In this document: piece after piece, positions 29,374 to 37,754 of the stretch | Layout of the letters: every line of letters begins with the position of its first letter | Numbering within the stretch: the stretch's first letter is position 1 | Source: Desulfobulbaceae bacterium | GTDB taxonomy: Bacteria; Desulfobacterota; Desulfobulbia; Desulfobulbales; Desulfobulbaceae | Length of the DNA: 64,000 nt | Assembly: GCA_003508005.1 (NCBI GenBank) | Contig: DNUE01000016.1 | Location: forward strand, 24,746-88,745 | Direction of reading: 5' to 3' | The notes under the pieces: model-generated | Seen by the model: only the letters and a program-made list of their open reading frames with translations | What the model was told of the DNA's origin: nothing | Database searches by the model: none | Position numbers and translations under genes: made by a program

Positions 29374-30814
29374 CTGTCAGCAGCATGACCAGCCGGTCAA
29401 TGCCGATACCTTCTCCCGCCGCAGGGGGCATCCCGTACTCCAGGGCACGGATATAGTCCAGGTCGAGTTCCGGATGCACCTCATCGTCCTCGCCCCGTTC
29501 GGCGATCTGTTTTTCGAAGCGCTGCAGCTGGTCCGCCGGATCGTTCAGTTCGCTGAAGGCATTGGCAATCTCGCGGCCGGTGACAAAGAGCTCAAAACGG
29601 TCGGTGACGCTCGGGTCCTCCTCGTTGCGGCGGGCCAGCGGCGAGACTTCCGTCGGATAGGCGGTCACGAAGGTGGGGTTGATCAGTTTTTCCTCCACCA
29701 GCAGCTCGAACAGTTCGGTCTTGGCCTTGCCCGGCCCCGCTTCCCCCGGCAGGGCAATACCCCGGTCCCTGGCCAGCTTGATGACTGCCTGGTCATCCTT
29801 CAGGATGGCCGGATCAAGGCCGCCCACCTGGACAAGGGCCTGGTCCAGGGTGTAGCGCTTCCATGGCGGCGAGAGATTCACCGGCTGGCCCTGGTAGGTC
29901 ACCTCCATGGAGCCGGTTACCTCGGCGGCCAGCCAGGAGATCATTTCCTCGGTGAGGTCCATGAGTTCATGGTAGCTGGCATAGGCCTGGTAGAACTCGA
30001 GCATGGTGAATTCGGGATTGTGCCTGGTAGAGAGGCCCTCGTTTCTGAAATTGCGATTGATCTCGAACACCTTTTCGAAGCCCCCGACCAGGAGACGCTT
30101 CAGATACAGCTCAGGGGCAATGCGCAGGTACAGGTCAATGTCCAGGGCGTTGTGGTGGGTCTTGAACGGCTTGGCCGTCGCCCCGCCGGGGATAGGCTGC
30201 ATCATGGGTGTTTCCACCTCAAGGAAGCCGCGGTCGGTAAGAAAATCGCGGATCAGGCGGATGACCTCCACCCGCTTGCGAAAGGTTTCGCGCACCTCTG
30301 GATTGACGATCAGATCGACATAGCGCTGGCGATAGCGGGTTTCCACATCGGTGAGGCCGTGGAATTTTTCCGGCAATGGCCGCATTGATTTGGTTATCAT
30401 CTCCAGGCGGGAGGCCTCGATGGACAGTTCTCCGGTCTTGGTCTTGAACAGCCGGCCCTTTGCCCCGACGATATCGCCCACATCCCATTTTTTGAAGGAA
30501 TTGAAGACCTCGTCGCCCAGAACATCGCGCTTGGCGTAGATCTGCAGCCGGCCGGTCTCGTCCTGGAGGTGGAAGAAAGCTGCCTTGCCGAACTTGCGCA
30601 TGGACATGATCCGACCGGCCACCTTGTAGGTGTTGCCGTTTTCTTCAAAGGCCTCGGGGGCAAGTTTTTCGCCGCGTGGTAGGATTTCCGAAAGCGGATA
30701 AGGTGCCCGAAAGGTGTTGCTGAACAGCCTTACGCCGCTGTCCGCGAGGGCCTGCGCCTTTTCCCGGCGCTGCTGGAGAAAGTTGCTGCTTTGATTTTCC
30801 ATGGTAATTTGCAA
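29312..30814 (-). CDS. lysS: lysine--tRNA ligase (class II)
   Basis: FRNEGLSTRHNPEFTMLEFY...GIGIDRLVMLL are class II LysRS motifs. Confidence 0.95.
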   Translation of the reverse strand: MQITMENQSSNFLQQRREKAQALADSGVRLFSNTFRAPYPLSEILPRGEKLAPEAFEENGNTYKVAGRIMSMRKFGKAAFFHLQDETGRLQIYAKRDVLGDEVFNSFKKWDVGDIVGAKGRLFKTKTGELSIEASRLEMITKSMRPLPEKFHGLTDVETRYRQRYVDLIVNPEVRETFRKRVEVIRLIRDFLTDRGFLEVETPMMQPIPGGATAKPFKTHHNALDIDLYLRIAPELYLKRLLVGGFEKVFEINRNFRNEGLSTRHNPEFTMLEFYQAYASYHELMDLTEEMISWLAAEVTGSMEVTYQGQPVNLSPPWKRYTLDQALVQVGGLDPAILKDDQAVIKLARDRGIALPGEAGPGKAKTELFELLVEEKLINPTFVTAYPTEVSPLARRNEEDPSVTDRFELFVTGREIANAFSELNDPADQLQRFEKQIAERGEDDEVHPELDLDYIRALEYGMPPAAGEGIGIDRLVMLLTDAPSIRDVILFPHLKPEAAR

Positions 30815-30841
30815 AGGCTGAAGGCTCGGGTAACTGAGCTG

Positions 30842-31936
30842 TTATTGGTTAAAAAATTTCTGGCGCAGGGACCTGGAGACATCGCGGGTGAGAACCAGCA
30901 CCCGGTGCGCCATTTCCTGGCTCAGGGAGCCAGTGCCGCAGCTTGGAGTAATCAGGGTCTGGCGAAGGAGCTCGGCCTTGCTCCGACCTGTGGCTGCCAG
31001 AATATCCATCTGAGCTTCCCAGCGGGCGCAGAGGGATTGCACGCTCTCCGCGGCAATATCCTCGGCCCGCCCCGTGGGCACACCGCCCCAGGCGAGGATC
31101 CCCCCCCGTGAAAGGAAGGCGTCAAGTTCAGCGGTCAGGGGGGCGAGCCGGTCAAAAAAATTGTAGGCGTCAAAGCTGAGGATATCGATATCTGATGCCA
31201 ACAGCATGCCCCAGTCGGTATTGGCGCAAACATGTATGCCCGCGAGCCCTTCTGCCCGGTGCACGGCCGTGGTTACCTCGTTGATCATTTCCTGGATTTC
31301 CTCGGCGGTAACGCTGATAAAGGCAGAGGAGCCGAGCCCCGCCAGGGCCGGTTCGTCGATGAACATCAATATCGGCTGCTTGCATTTCCTCAGAAATGCT
31401 GTCTGCCAGGCGGCTTTCATGGCGATGCCCTTGGTGACCATGTCCCGGATGGATTCGTCAAAATAGCCGGCCCGGCCCTCTTCGTCCTTGATGCCGGTCA
31501 GCATGGTGAAGGGGCCGGTGACCTGTCCCTTGCCGGCCAGGACCTTTGCGGTTTGGAGTCTCTCGGCGAGCAGGTAGAGCCCGGCCGCCCTCTCTCGGCT
31601 TGTGGCAAATATGGAGTCGGGAGGCAATTCGGGGCGTTCCGCTGCCTGGAGGTAGGCTTCGTAAAAGGTGAGCATGGCCTCCTCGTACCCCGGATAGCCG
31701 GTGTCGAAGAATATACTGCCCTGCGGAGCGCTAGTGTTTTTCTCGATGATGCAGGGGATCCCCTCGGCAAACTGGGGCAGCATCTGCTCCCGCGGGTCTG
31801 ATGGCAGCTGCGGCCAGAGCGGGATCTCTGGGGTGGCCTCGAATATCCAGTCCATGGCCTGTTCATGGCTGCGCAGGGGCAGGCTGCCGATGAGAACAGG
31901 TAGGCCGTCTGCGGCAAATCGACCAAGGGCGGTCAT
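30842..31936 (-). CDS. MetE C-terminal-domain-like (Meth_synt_2 / core-MetE-like) zinc methyltransferase family protein
   Basis: The 364-aa TIM-barrel-like sequence has candidate zinc ligands GIHVCAN (HxC) and ITPSCGTG (Cys), placed as in cobalamin-independent methionine synthase catalytic domains. The family assignment is by motif only. Confidence 0.55.
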   Translation of the reverse strand: MTALGRFAADGLPVLIGSLPLRSHEQAMDWIFEATPEIPLWPQLPSDPREQMLPQFAEGIPCIIEKNTSAPQGSIFFDTGYPGYEEAMLTFYEAYLQAAERPELPPDSIFATSRERAAGLYLLAERLQTAKVLAGKGQVTGPFTMLTGIKDEEGRAGYFDESIRDMVTKGIAMKAAWQTAFLRKCKQPILMFIDEPALAGLGSSAFISVTAEEIQEMINEVTTAVHRAEGLAGIHVCANTDWGMLLASDIDILSFDAYNFFDRLAPLTAELDAFLSRGGILAWGGVPTGRAEDIAAESVQSLCARWEAQMDILAATGRSKAELLRQTLITPSCGTGSLSQEMAHRVLVLTRDVSRSLRQKFFNQ

Positions 31937-31974
31937 GAATATTTCACCTCATCAGGTTAAAGGTACGAAATATT

Positions 31975-32095
31975 GATGTGTTCGCAAAAAGTAACAACAC
32001 TGAGCATCCGCCACTGAGATTTCAACAACTTACAAGGCTTGCCGGCGTCAGTTCCGCACTTTTTGCGGGACTGACAATTATCCGCACGTGACGAA
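31975..32095 (-). repeat. compact full-architecture copy of the intergenic repeat family (blocks B, C, D, E)
   Basis: The minus strand reads CGTCACGTGCGG, then TAATTGTCAG-TCCCGCAAAAAGTGCGGAA-CTGACGCCGGC, 24 nt, GTGGCGGATGCTCA (32014..32001), and TTTTTGCGAA (31990..31981). Confidence 0.65.
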
Positions 32096-32129
32096 AAATA
32101 AGTATCATTAGTTCGAAGACGCCCTGATG

Positions 32130-33431
32130 TCAATTTTTTTCAAGTAGGGCGACGGCTTCAATATGGTGCGTTTGGGGGAACATGTCTACGGGGGCGAGTT
32201 GCCGCAACCGGTAGCCCCGGGCGCAGAGCTGGGCCAGGTCGCGTACCAGGGTCGCCGGATCGCAGGAAATATAAATGATCCGGGCGGCGCCCAGTTCGGC
32301 AAGCTGGGCAGTCGCCTTGCCCAGGCCCAGCCGGGGAGGATCCAGGACAATCAGGTCGTAGCAAGCGTCCGTGATGTCCGGTGTACCGAGGGCACCCGCC
32401 ACGTCTGCGGCAATGAATCTGGCATCAGCGCAACCGGCTGCTGCTCCATTGTTTCTGGCCCAGGTTATGCTTTCCCGGCTGAGTTCCACGCCGGTTACCC
32501 GCGCTCCATTCAGGGCCAGGGGCACGGAGAAGTTGCCCGTGCCGCAGAAAAGGTCCAGGACGCGTCTGCCGGCAATACTGCCGGCCAGACGCAAAATCAG
32601 GTTGATCAGTTGTTCATTCTGCCGGACATTGACCTGGGAGAAACAGCCGGGGGGCCAGCACAGGGTAAAGGCACAGCCACAGACTTCCGGGGGAAAGTCC
32701 TGGCGCAGCAGGTCAGGGCAGCTGTCGCCGGCTAGTCGCTCGCTGCCGGTCCTGGTTTTGAGCCAGACGGACTGGACCCCGGCCAGTCTGTTGGCATAAT
32801 CGGCGAGCAGCCGCCGGTCCATATATCTTCTGAAATCCGGCAGGATCAGGGCATGGATGCGGTCATCGGCCGGGCTGTGCAGCAGTTCGATATCCTGGAT
32901 GACGGTAGCGAGAGACCTTGGCAGGGGGGATGCCTGGAGCCCTCGCAAAGCGGAGTTCAGAATCTCTGTGGCCACCGGGCAGCGGTCGATGCTGACGACC
33001 CGGTTGCTGCGGAACCGGTAGAACCCCGGCTGCCCATCCGGGTCAACTTTGAGGCGGATTCGGAAGCGGTAGTGATAAGGGCTGGGTGAGGGAAGAACAG
33101 GGTGCAGGACGTCATGGTCAGTCTGGATTCCTGCCCGCAGGAGGGCCTCGCGGTACATCTCCTTTTTATTCTGGAGCTGGGCCGGACCACTGAGGTGCTG
33201 AAAGTCGCAGCCGCCGCAGATGGTGTAAGAAGGGCAGGCCGGAATCGTCCGCTCCGGAGAGGGCTCCAGCACCCGGACCAGTTCGGCCTCCACATAGCCA
33301 CGGCGTTGCCAGGTCTCCTTGACCTCGACCTTTTCACCGGGCAGGACAAATCTGGTGAGGACCACCATGCCGTCCTCCCGCCGGGCAAGACCCTGGCCGC
33401 CGGTAATGATTTTTTCGATGCGAACCTGCAT
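32130..33431 (-). CDS. 23S rRNA (uracil-5-)-methyltransferase RlmD/RumA family (TRAM + [4Fe-4S] Cys cluster + SAM-MTase)
   Basis: N-terminal TRAM-like GGQGLARREDGMVVLTRFVLPGEKVEV, Cys cluster CPSYTICGGCDFQH, SAM motif VLDLFCGTGNF, and C-terminal DMFPQTHHIE. Confidence 0.8.
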   Translation of the reverse strand: MQVRIEKIITGGQGLARREDGMVVLTRFVLPGEKVEVKETWQRRGYVEAELVRVLEPSPERTIPACPSYTICGGCDFQHLSGPAQLQNKKEMYREALLRAGIQTDHDVLHPVLPSPSPYHYRFRIRLKVDPDGQPGFYRFRSNRVVSIDRCPVATEILNSALRGLQASPLPRSLATVIQDIELLHSPADDRIHALILPDFRRYMDRRLLADYANRLAGVQSVWLKTRTGSERLAGDSCPDLLRQDFPPEVCGCAFTLCWPPGCFSQVNVRQNEQLINLILRLAGSIAGRRVLDLFCGTGNFSVPLALNGARVTGVELSRESITWARNNGAAAGCADARFIAADVAGALGTPDITDACYDLIVLDPPRLGLGKATAQLAELGAARIIYISCDPATLVRDLAQLCARGYRLRQLAPVDMFPQTHHIEAVALLEKN

Positions 33432-33517
33432 TGCCTGACGCTTCGGGTGTTATTCGTGCCGGATACATTGAGTCAAGGCACCATCTGACCCTGAGCCGCT
33501 TTGAGTCATATGCTGCC

Positions 33518-33548
33518 GGAATCTTAATAACAGTAATGCAGACGCCGG
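33518..33548 (+). repeat. hairpin-module-derived copy (GGAATC-N12-ATGCAGACGCCGG)
   Basis: It shares the identical 13-mer ATGCAGACGCCGG and the identical GGAATC-N12 spacing with 60886..60916. Confidence 0.55.
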
Positions 33549-33620
33549 AAACTCTTTCCGCACGATGAGATACCGGGGCAGAGTGGTCATCACTGTTTTA
33601 TTATCAGCTGGCGTAGCATT

Positions 33621-33720
33621 TTTTGTCAGAATCGCAAAAAAAAAACGATTCTGATGCCGGTGCTCTGGAATTTATTGAAATTAACAGTGGAGGAAGCTCA
33701 GTTTTCATTTTTTGCGAGTT
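33621..33720 (+). repeat. copy of the intergenic repeat family (blocks C, D, E) upstream of the sigma-54 regulator gene
   Basis: GTCAGAATCG-A10-CGATTCTGAT hairpin followed by GCCGG, then 24 nt, CAGTGGAGGAAGCTCAG, and TTTTTGCGAG. Confidence 0.6.
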
Positions 33721-33770
33721 TGCCATATTTTGCTACAAAGAAGAAGGGGAATTGTGTACTTTCTCATTCT

Positions 33771-35126
33771 ATGGAGAAAAAGAACAATATCAAAATACTG
33801 GTCGTTGACGACGAAAAGGTCCACCGTTTTATGCTGACCTCGCTTTTTACCGAATGGGGCTGGCAGACGGTGGAGGCGGATGACGGAAGCACGGCTGTGT
33901 CCGCTGTGGAGCAGGGTCCTTTTGACGCGATCCTCATGGACGTGCGGATGACCATCATGGACGGGATGGAAGCCCTGCAGAAGATCCATGCCTTGAACCC
34001 GGCTATCCCGGTGGTGATCATGACCGCCTTCTCCTCGGTAGACTCTGCGGTGGAGGCCATCAAGATGGGGGCGCACGACTACCTGACCAAACCTCTGGAT
34101 TTCGATCGGCTGCGCCAGACCTTGGAGGCGGCAACCCAGCACAAGCGGCAGGGAAGGTCAAAGAAGCCAGAGAGTGCACTGGACCTGGACAGCGATATCA
34201 TCGGCAACTCCATGCCGATGCGGGAACTGTGGGAAATGATCCTGCGGGTGGCGCCTACCGAGGCCAATATCCTCATCGCCGGGGAGTCCGGGACCGGCAA
34301 GGAGCTGGTAGCCGCCGCCCTGCACAAAAAAAGCCTGCGTGCCAGCGGCCCACTGGTCAAGGTCAATTGCGCTGCCCTGGCCGAGAACCTCCTGGAGTCT
34401 GAACTTTTCGGCCACGAAAAGGGGGCATTTACCGGAGCGGACCGGCGGCGGGAGGGGCGGTTCGTCCAGGCGGATCATGGGACTCTGTTTCTGGACGAGA
34501 TCAGCGAAACCAGTCCGTCCATGCAGGCCAAGCTCCTGCGCGTTTTGCAGGAGCACGAGCTGCAGAGGGTGGGCGGTCAGGAAACCATTTGGGTCGATGT
34601 CCGGGTCATTGCCGCCACCAACCGCGATCTGGAACGGGAAGTGGCTGCAGGCCGTTTTCGCGAGGACCTCTATTACCGCCTGAATGTCGTGGTCCTTCAA
34701 ATCCCGGCTCTGCGGGACCGGCTGGGCGACGTTCCTTTGCTGGCCGAGTTGTTTCTTAAGCGGTTCGCCGAGAAAAACCGGCGGCAGGTCAAGGGAATCA
34801 CCCCGGAATGCATGGATCTGCTGAGCCGCTATCCCTGGCCCGGCAACGTGCGGGAGTTGGAAAATTCCATCGAGCGGGGCGTTATCCTCATGCGCGGCGA
34901 ATACCTGGACGTGGGCGGGCTGCCCCTGGCCCTGCAGAGGTGGGCCGGGGACAATGTCCGGGCGGTGGCTGAGAGCGAGTGGCCGGCCACCCTCAAGGAT
35001 GCGGAACGGTTGCTCATCATCCGGACCCTGGAGGAAACGGGAGGCAATCGCAGCGAGGCTGCCCGGCGGCTGCAGATCACTCGCAAGACCCTGCTCAACA
35101 AGATTAAGAATTATAATGTCGATTGA
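33771..35126 (+). CDS. sigma-54-dependent response regulator (NtrC/AtoC family: REC + AAA+ + Fis-type HTH)
   Basis: REC domain ILVVDDE...DVRM. AAA+ domain with GESGTGKE and the GAFTGA loop (EKGAFTGA). C-terminal HTH AARRLQITRKTLLNKIK. The internal ATG at 33771 was chosen. Confidence 0.85.
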   Translation: MEKKNNIKILVVDDEKVHRFMLTSLFTEWGWQTVEADDGSTAVSAVEQGPFDAILMDVRMTIMDGMEALQKIHALNPAIPVVIMTAFSSVDSAVEAIKMGAHDYLTKPLDFDRLRQTLEAATQHKRQGRSKKPESALDLDSDIIGNSMPMRELWEMILRVAPTEANILIAGESGTGKELVAAALHKKSLRASGPLVKVNCAALAENLLESELFGHEKGAFTGADRRREGRFVQADHGTLFLDEISETSPSMQAKLLRVLQEHELQRVGGQETIWVDVRVIAATNRDLEREVAAGRFREDLYYRLNVVVLQIPALRDRLGDVPLLAELFLKRFAEKNRRQVKGITPECMDLLSRYPWPGNVRELENSIERGVILMRGEYLDVGGLPLALQRWAGDNVRAVAESEWPATLKDAERLLIIRTLEETGGNRSEAARRLQITRKTLLNKIKNYNVD

Positions 35127-35244
35127 TCAGGATATAAAGTCATCAAGTCTGTCAAGTGCAGCATGTGTATCATGGCAGGGATTCGGAAAGTGCATGCGCG
35201 GACGAAGAGTCAGCCTTGGTGCATCTTCCGGATGCCAACCAGGA

Positions 35245-36117
35245 TCAGCCCCTGAGGGCGCTTACCGCTGTCAGCCCCGCATAGAAGACGAGCCATAGAC
35301 CAATGCCGGCAAGGTACGCCATCCTGCGTCTGCCCTTGTGCGGCAGTTTGAGCAGGGCTGCCAGGAGCAGGCCGGGGAGGAGGATTCCAGCCCAGAAGGG
35401 AGGGGTATAGCGCAGGGCTTCCTGCAGGCCGAGAAAAAACCAGGGGCCGGTGATATGAACCAGGCCGAAGCGCTGGGGTTCCATAGGTGCGACCAGAAAC
35501 GCGGAAATAAGGAACACCGCGCAGACCATCGGCAAGTGGTCGCGCCAGCGGGCGGAGTAACGCCGGATATGGGGCCAGATGCACCAGGCGCCTATCAGCA
35601 TCAGCCCGGCCAGGTGATTGGCATACACCCTTTTCACCCCATTGGCGGTTATCGCCAGCAGCAGATCGTTCAACCATTCGCCTACAAACGGCACCGAGAG
35701 CATGATATTCTCGGCGATCTGGCCGGCCGCCTCGCCGGTGGCATCATCCCGGAGGATGTAGCCGGTGAACAGCAGGAGCAGGGCTACCGGCAGGCTTAAG
35801 GAGAGCCTGACCCAGGTTGCCCGGCTGTAGTAATGGGTGTTTTCCCAGGTGATGGCGACAAAATGGCAGAGCAGGAGCAGGAAAAAGGCCTGGCTTGAGT
35901 AGTAGTGGAGCCCCCGCCAGAAGGAGCCGAAGGGCGCGAGGAGCTCAATGGCCGAGGTGGAATGGAAAGGCTCGGCAGGGTTGTACTGCAGGGCGACGAT
36001 GATCCCCGAAATGACCGAGATGTACAGACTGATCAGGGCATTGCCTCCCCAGCGGATGCCGATGAAGCGCTCTTTCAGGGAAAAGCAGGGCCGGTCAAAA
36101 ACGGGGGGTGTGCTCAC
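35245..36117 (-). CDS. cytochrome b-like integral membrane protein
   Basis: A multi-TM protein with two His pairs on TM helices (GLHYYSSQAFFLLLLCHF and NHLAGLMLIGAWCIWPH), consistent with bis-heme cytochrome b. GTGA overlap with the Rieske gene. Confidence 0.65.
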   Translation of the reverse strand: MSTPPVFDRPCFSLKERFIGIRWGGNALISLYISVISGIIVALQYNPAEPFHSTSAIELLAPFGSFWRGLHYYSSQAFFLLLLCHFVAITWENTHYYSRATWVRLSLSLPVALLLLFTGYILRDDATGEAAGQIAENIMLSVPFVGEWLNDLLLAITANGVKRVYANHLAGLMLIGAWCIWPHIRRYSARWRDHLPMVCAVFLISAFLVAPMEPQRFGLVHITGPWFFLGLQEALRYTPPFWAGILLPGLLLAALLKLPHKGRRRMAYLAGIGLWLVFYAGLTAVSALRG

Positions 36118-36551
36118 AGGGTTACCTCGTAACCGGTGACGGTTCCCTGATCGTCTTTAAGCTCCCGCACCGAAAAGATGGCCAGGTTTTTCTGGGCCGG
36201 ACCGGAGAGACGGATTCCTTCAGGGCTGAACTGACTTTGGTGGCAGGGACATTCGATGATGCCCAGTTCCATGCGGAAGTTCACCCGGCAGCCTAGGTGG
36301 GTGCATCGGCGGGAGATGGACCGTGCACCGGCTTCGGTTACAAACAGAATGAAGTCATGCTCGGTAAGGACGGCGCCCGGCAGCAGCTTTTTGTTTACGG
36401 TGACATATCTCGGCTTGGGCTTTACCGTAAAGCCTGCAAAGCGCAGAAGGGGGAGGGCGAGGGCTGTCAGCGTTCCTGCCAGGAGCCATCTCAGTTGTCG
36501 AGCGAGAAAACGGCGGCGACTGCTGTCCGGTTGGGAGACGGAAGGGGACAT
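36114..36551 (-). CDS. Rieske [2Fe-2S] protein with twin-arginine signal
   Basis: SRRRFLA Tat motif. Rieske boxes CTHLGCRV and CPCHQSQF. Confidence 0.85.
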   Translation of the reverse strand: MSPSVSQPDSSRRRFLARQLRWLLAGTLTALALPLLRFAGFTVKPKPRYVTVNKKLLPGAVLTEHDFILFVTEAGARSISRRCTHLGCRVNFRMELGIIECPCHQSQFSPEGIRLSGPAQKNLAIFSVRELKDDQGTVTGYEVTL

Positions 36552-36568
36552 GACATGCGGCGAACTGG

Positions 36569-37096
36569 TCAGCTGAATTTTGCCTGCAGCGCGGCCTTGA
36601 CATGCGCAGGCACCACACCGCTGACATCCCCGCCATGCCGGGCCGCATCCTTAATAATGCTGGAGCTGATATATATCCAGCGGAATCCGGTCATCAGAAA
36701 GACCGTTTCCACCCGCCGCTGAAGTTTTCTGTTCATCAGAGCCAGCTGAAATTCGTAGTCAAAATCAGATACGGCCCGCAGGCCGCGGACAATGGCGCAG
36801 GCGCCCCTGCTGACGGCAAAATCGACGAGCAGGCCGGTGGTGGTGTCCACCTCCACCCGATCGTTGCCGTTAAAGCACTGGTTGATCATGTCGATACGCT
36901 CTTCGATAGTGAAGAGCGGGGTCTTAAGAACATTAATGGCAATGACGATGACGACCTTGTCAAAAAGGCGCAGGGCTCGTTTGATGATATCGACATGGCC
37001 GTTGGTGATCGGGTCGAAGGTTCCGGGATAGACTGCGATCGAGACGGACTTGGCAGGTTCGGTACCGGTGGTCTCTGGGGTGTCGGGGAAAGACAT
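36569..37096 (-). CDS. coaD: phosphopantetheine adenylyltransferase
   Basis: AVYPGTFDPITNGHVDII is the canonical CoaD motif. Confidence 0.9.
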   Translation of the reverse strand: MSFPDTPETTGTEPAKSVSIAVYPGTFDPITNGHVDIIKRALRLFDKVVIVIAINVLKTPLFTIEERIDMINQCFNGNDRVEVDTTTGLLVDFAVSRGACAIVRGLRAVSDFDYEFQLALMNRKLQRRVETVFLMTGFRWIYISSSIIKDAARHGGDVSGVVPAHVKAALQAKFS

Positions 37097-37108
37097 GGTG
37101 GCGAATCC

Positions 37109-37693
37109 TTACGATGAACTTTTCTCGGTTGTATACAGCCAGATGCCTGTTTCTCCATAACGGCGGTGCAGGTAAAGCCGGAGGCTGCCCCTCTGCTCCG
37201 GAAGGATGATCTTCCAGCGCTCCTCCACTATCAAAGAGCCGCCGGCAGCGACAAGTCCAGTTGTATCTACCATTGTCAGAGCCGTTTCTGCCAGTTTTTT
37301 CTCGTAGGGCGGATCAAGAAAGACGATATCAAATAGGTTGTTGGGGGCCAGGCGACTGACAAGGGAGGTGTACCCTGCGGGCCTGCTCAGGTCGATTTTG
37401 AACAACGCCACCGGACTCTGGGGAAAGCAGTGCTGCAGGTTGGAACGAATAAGCTCCAGGGAGGAGGGGGACTGGTCAACAAAGACAACGCTGGCCGCGC
37501 CCCGGCTGAGGGCCTCCATGCCCAGGCTGCCAGTGCCGGAGAAGAGGTCAAGCACCCGGGCACCTGCAATACGGTTGCCGAGGATGGAAAAAAGGGCCTC
37601 ACGCACCCGTTCGCTGGTGGGCCGGATGCTGTCCCTCGCCCCTTTCGGGCTGCAGAGTTTTCTGCCTTTGGCCGTGCCGCCGGTGATGCGCAA
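37109..37693 (-). CDS. rsmD: 16S rRNA (guanine966-N2)-methyltransferase
   Basis: RITGGTAKGRKL...RPTSERVREALFSIL...VLDLFSGTGSLGMEALSRGA...FLDPPY. I propose TTG 37693 as the start, giving (M)RITGG. The track start at 37858 would overlap pssA by about 100 nt. Confidence 0.75.
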   Translation of the reverse strand: MRITGGTAKGRKLCSPKGARDSIRPTSERVREALFSILGNRIAGARVLDLFSGTGSLGMEALSRGAASVVFVDQSPSSLELIRSNLQHCFPQSPVALFKIDLSRPAGYTSLVSRLAPNNLFDIVFLDPPYEKKLAETALTMVDTTGLVAAGGSLIVEERWKIILPEQRGSLRLYLHRRYGETGIWLYTTEKSSS

Positions 37694-37754
37694 TGTACTG
37701 GCGTGCGATGCTGGAAAATGTCCCTTCAGCAGCGACGAGACCTCCCGGTCGGGT

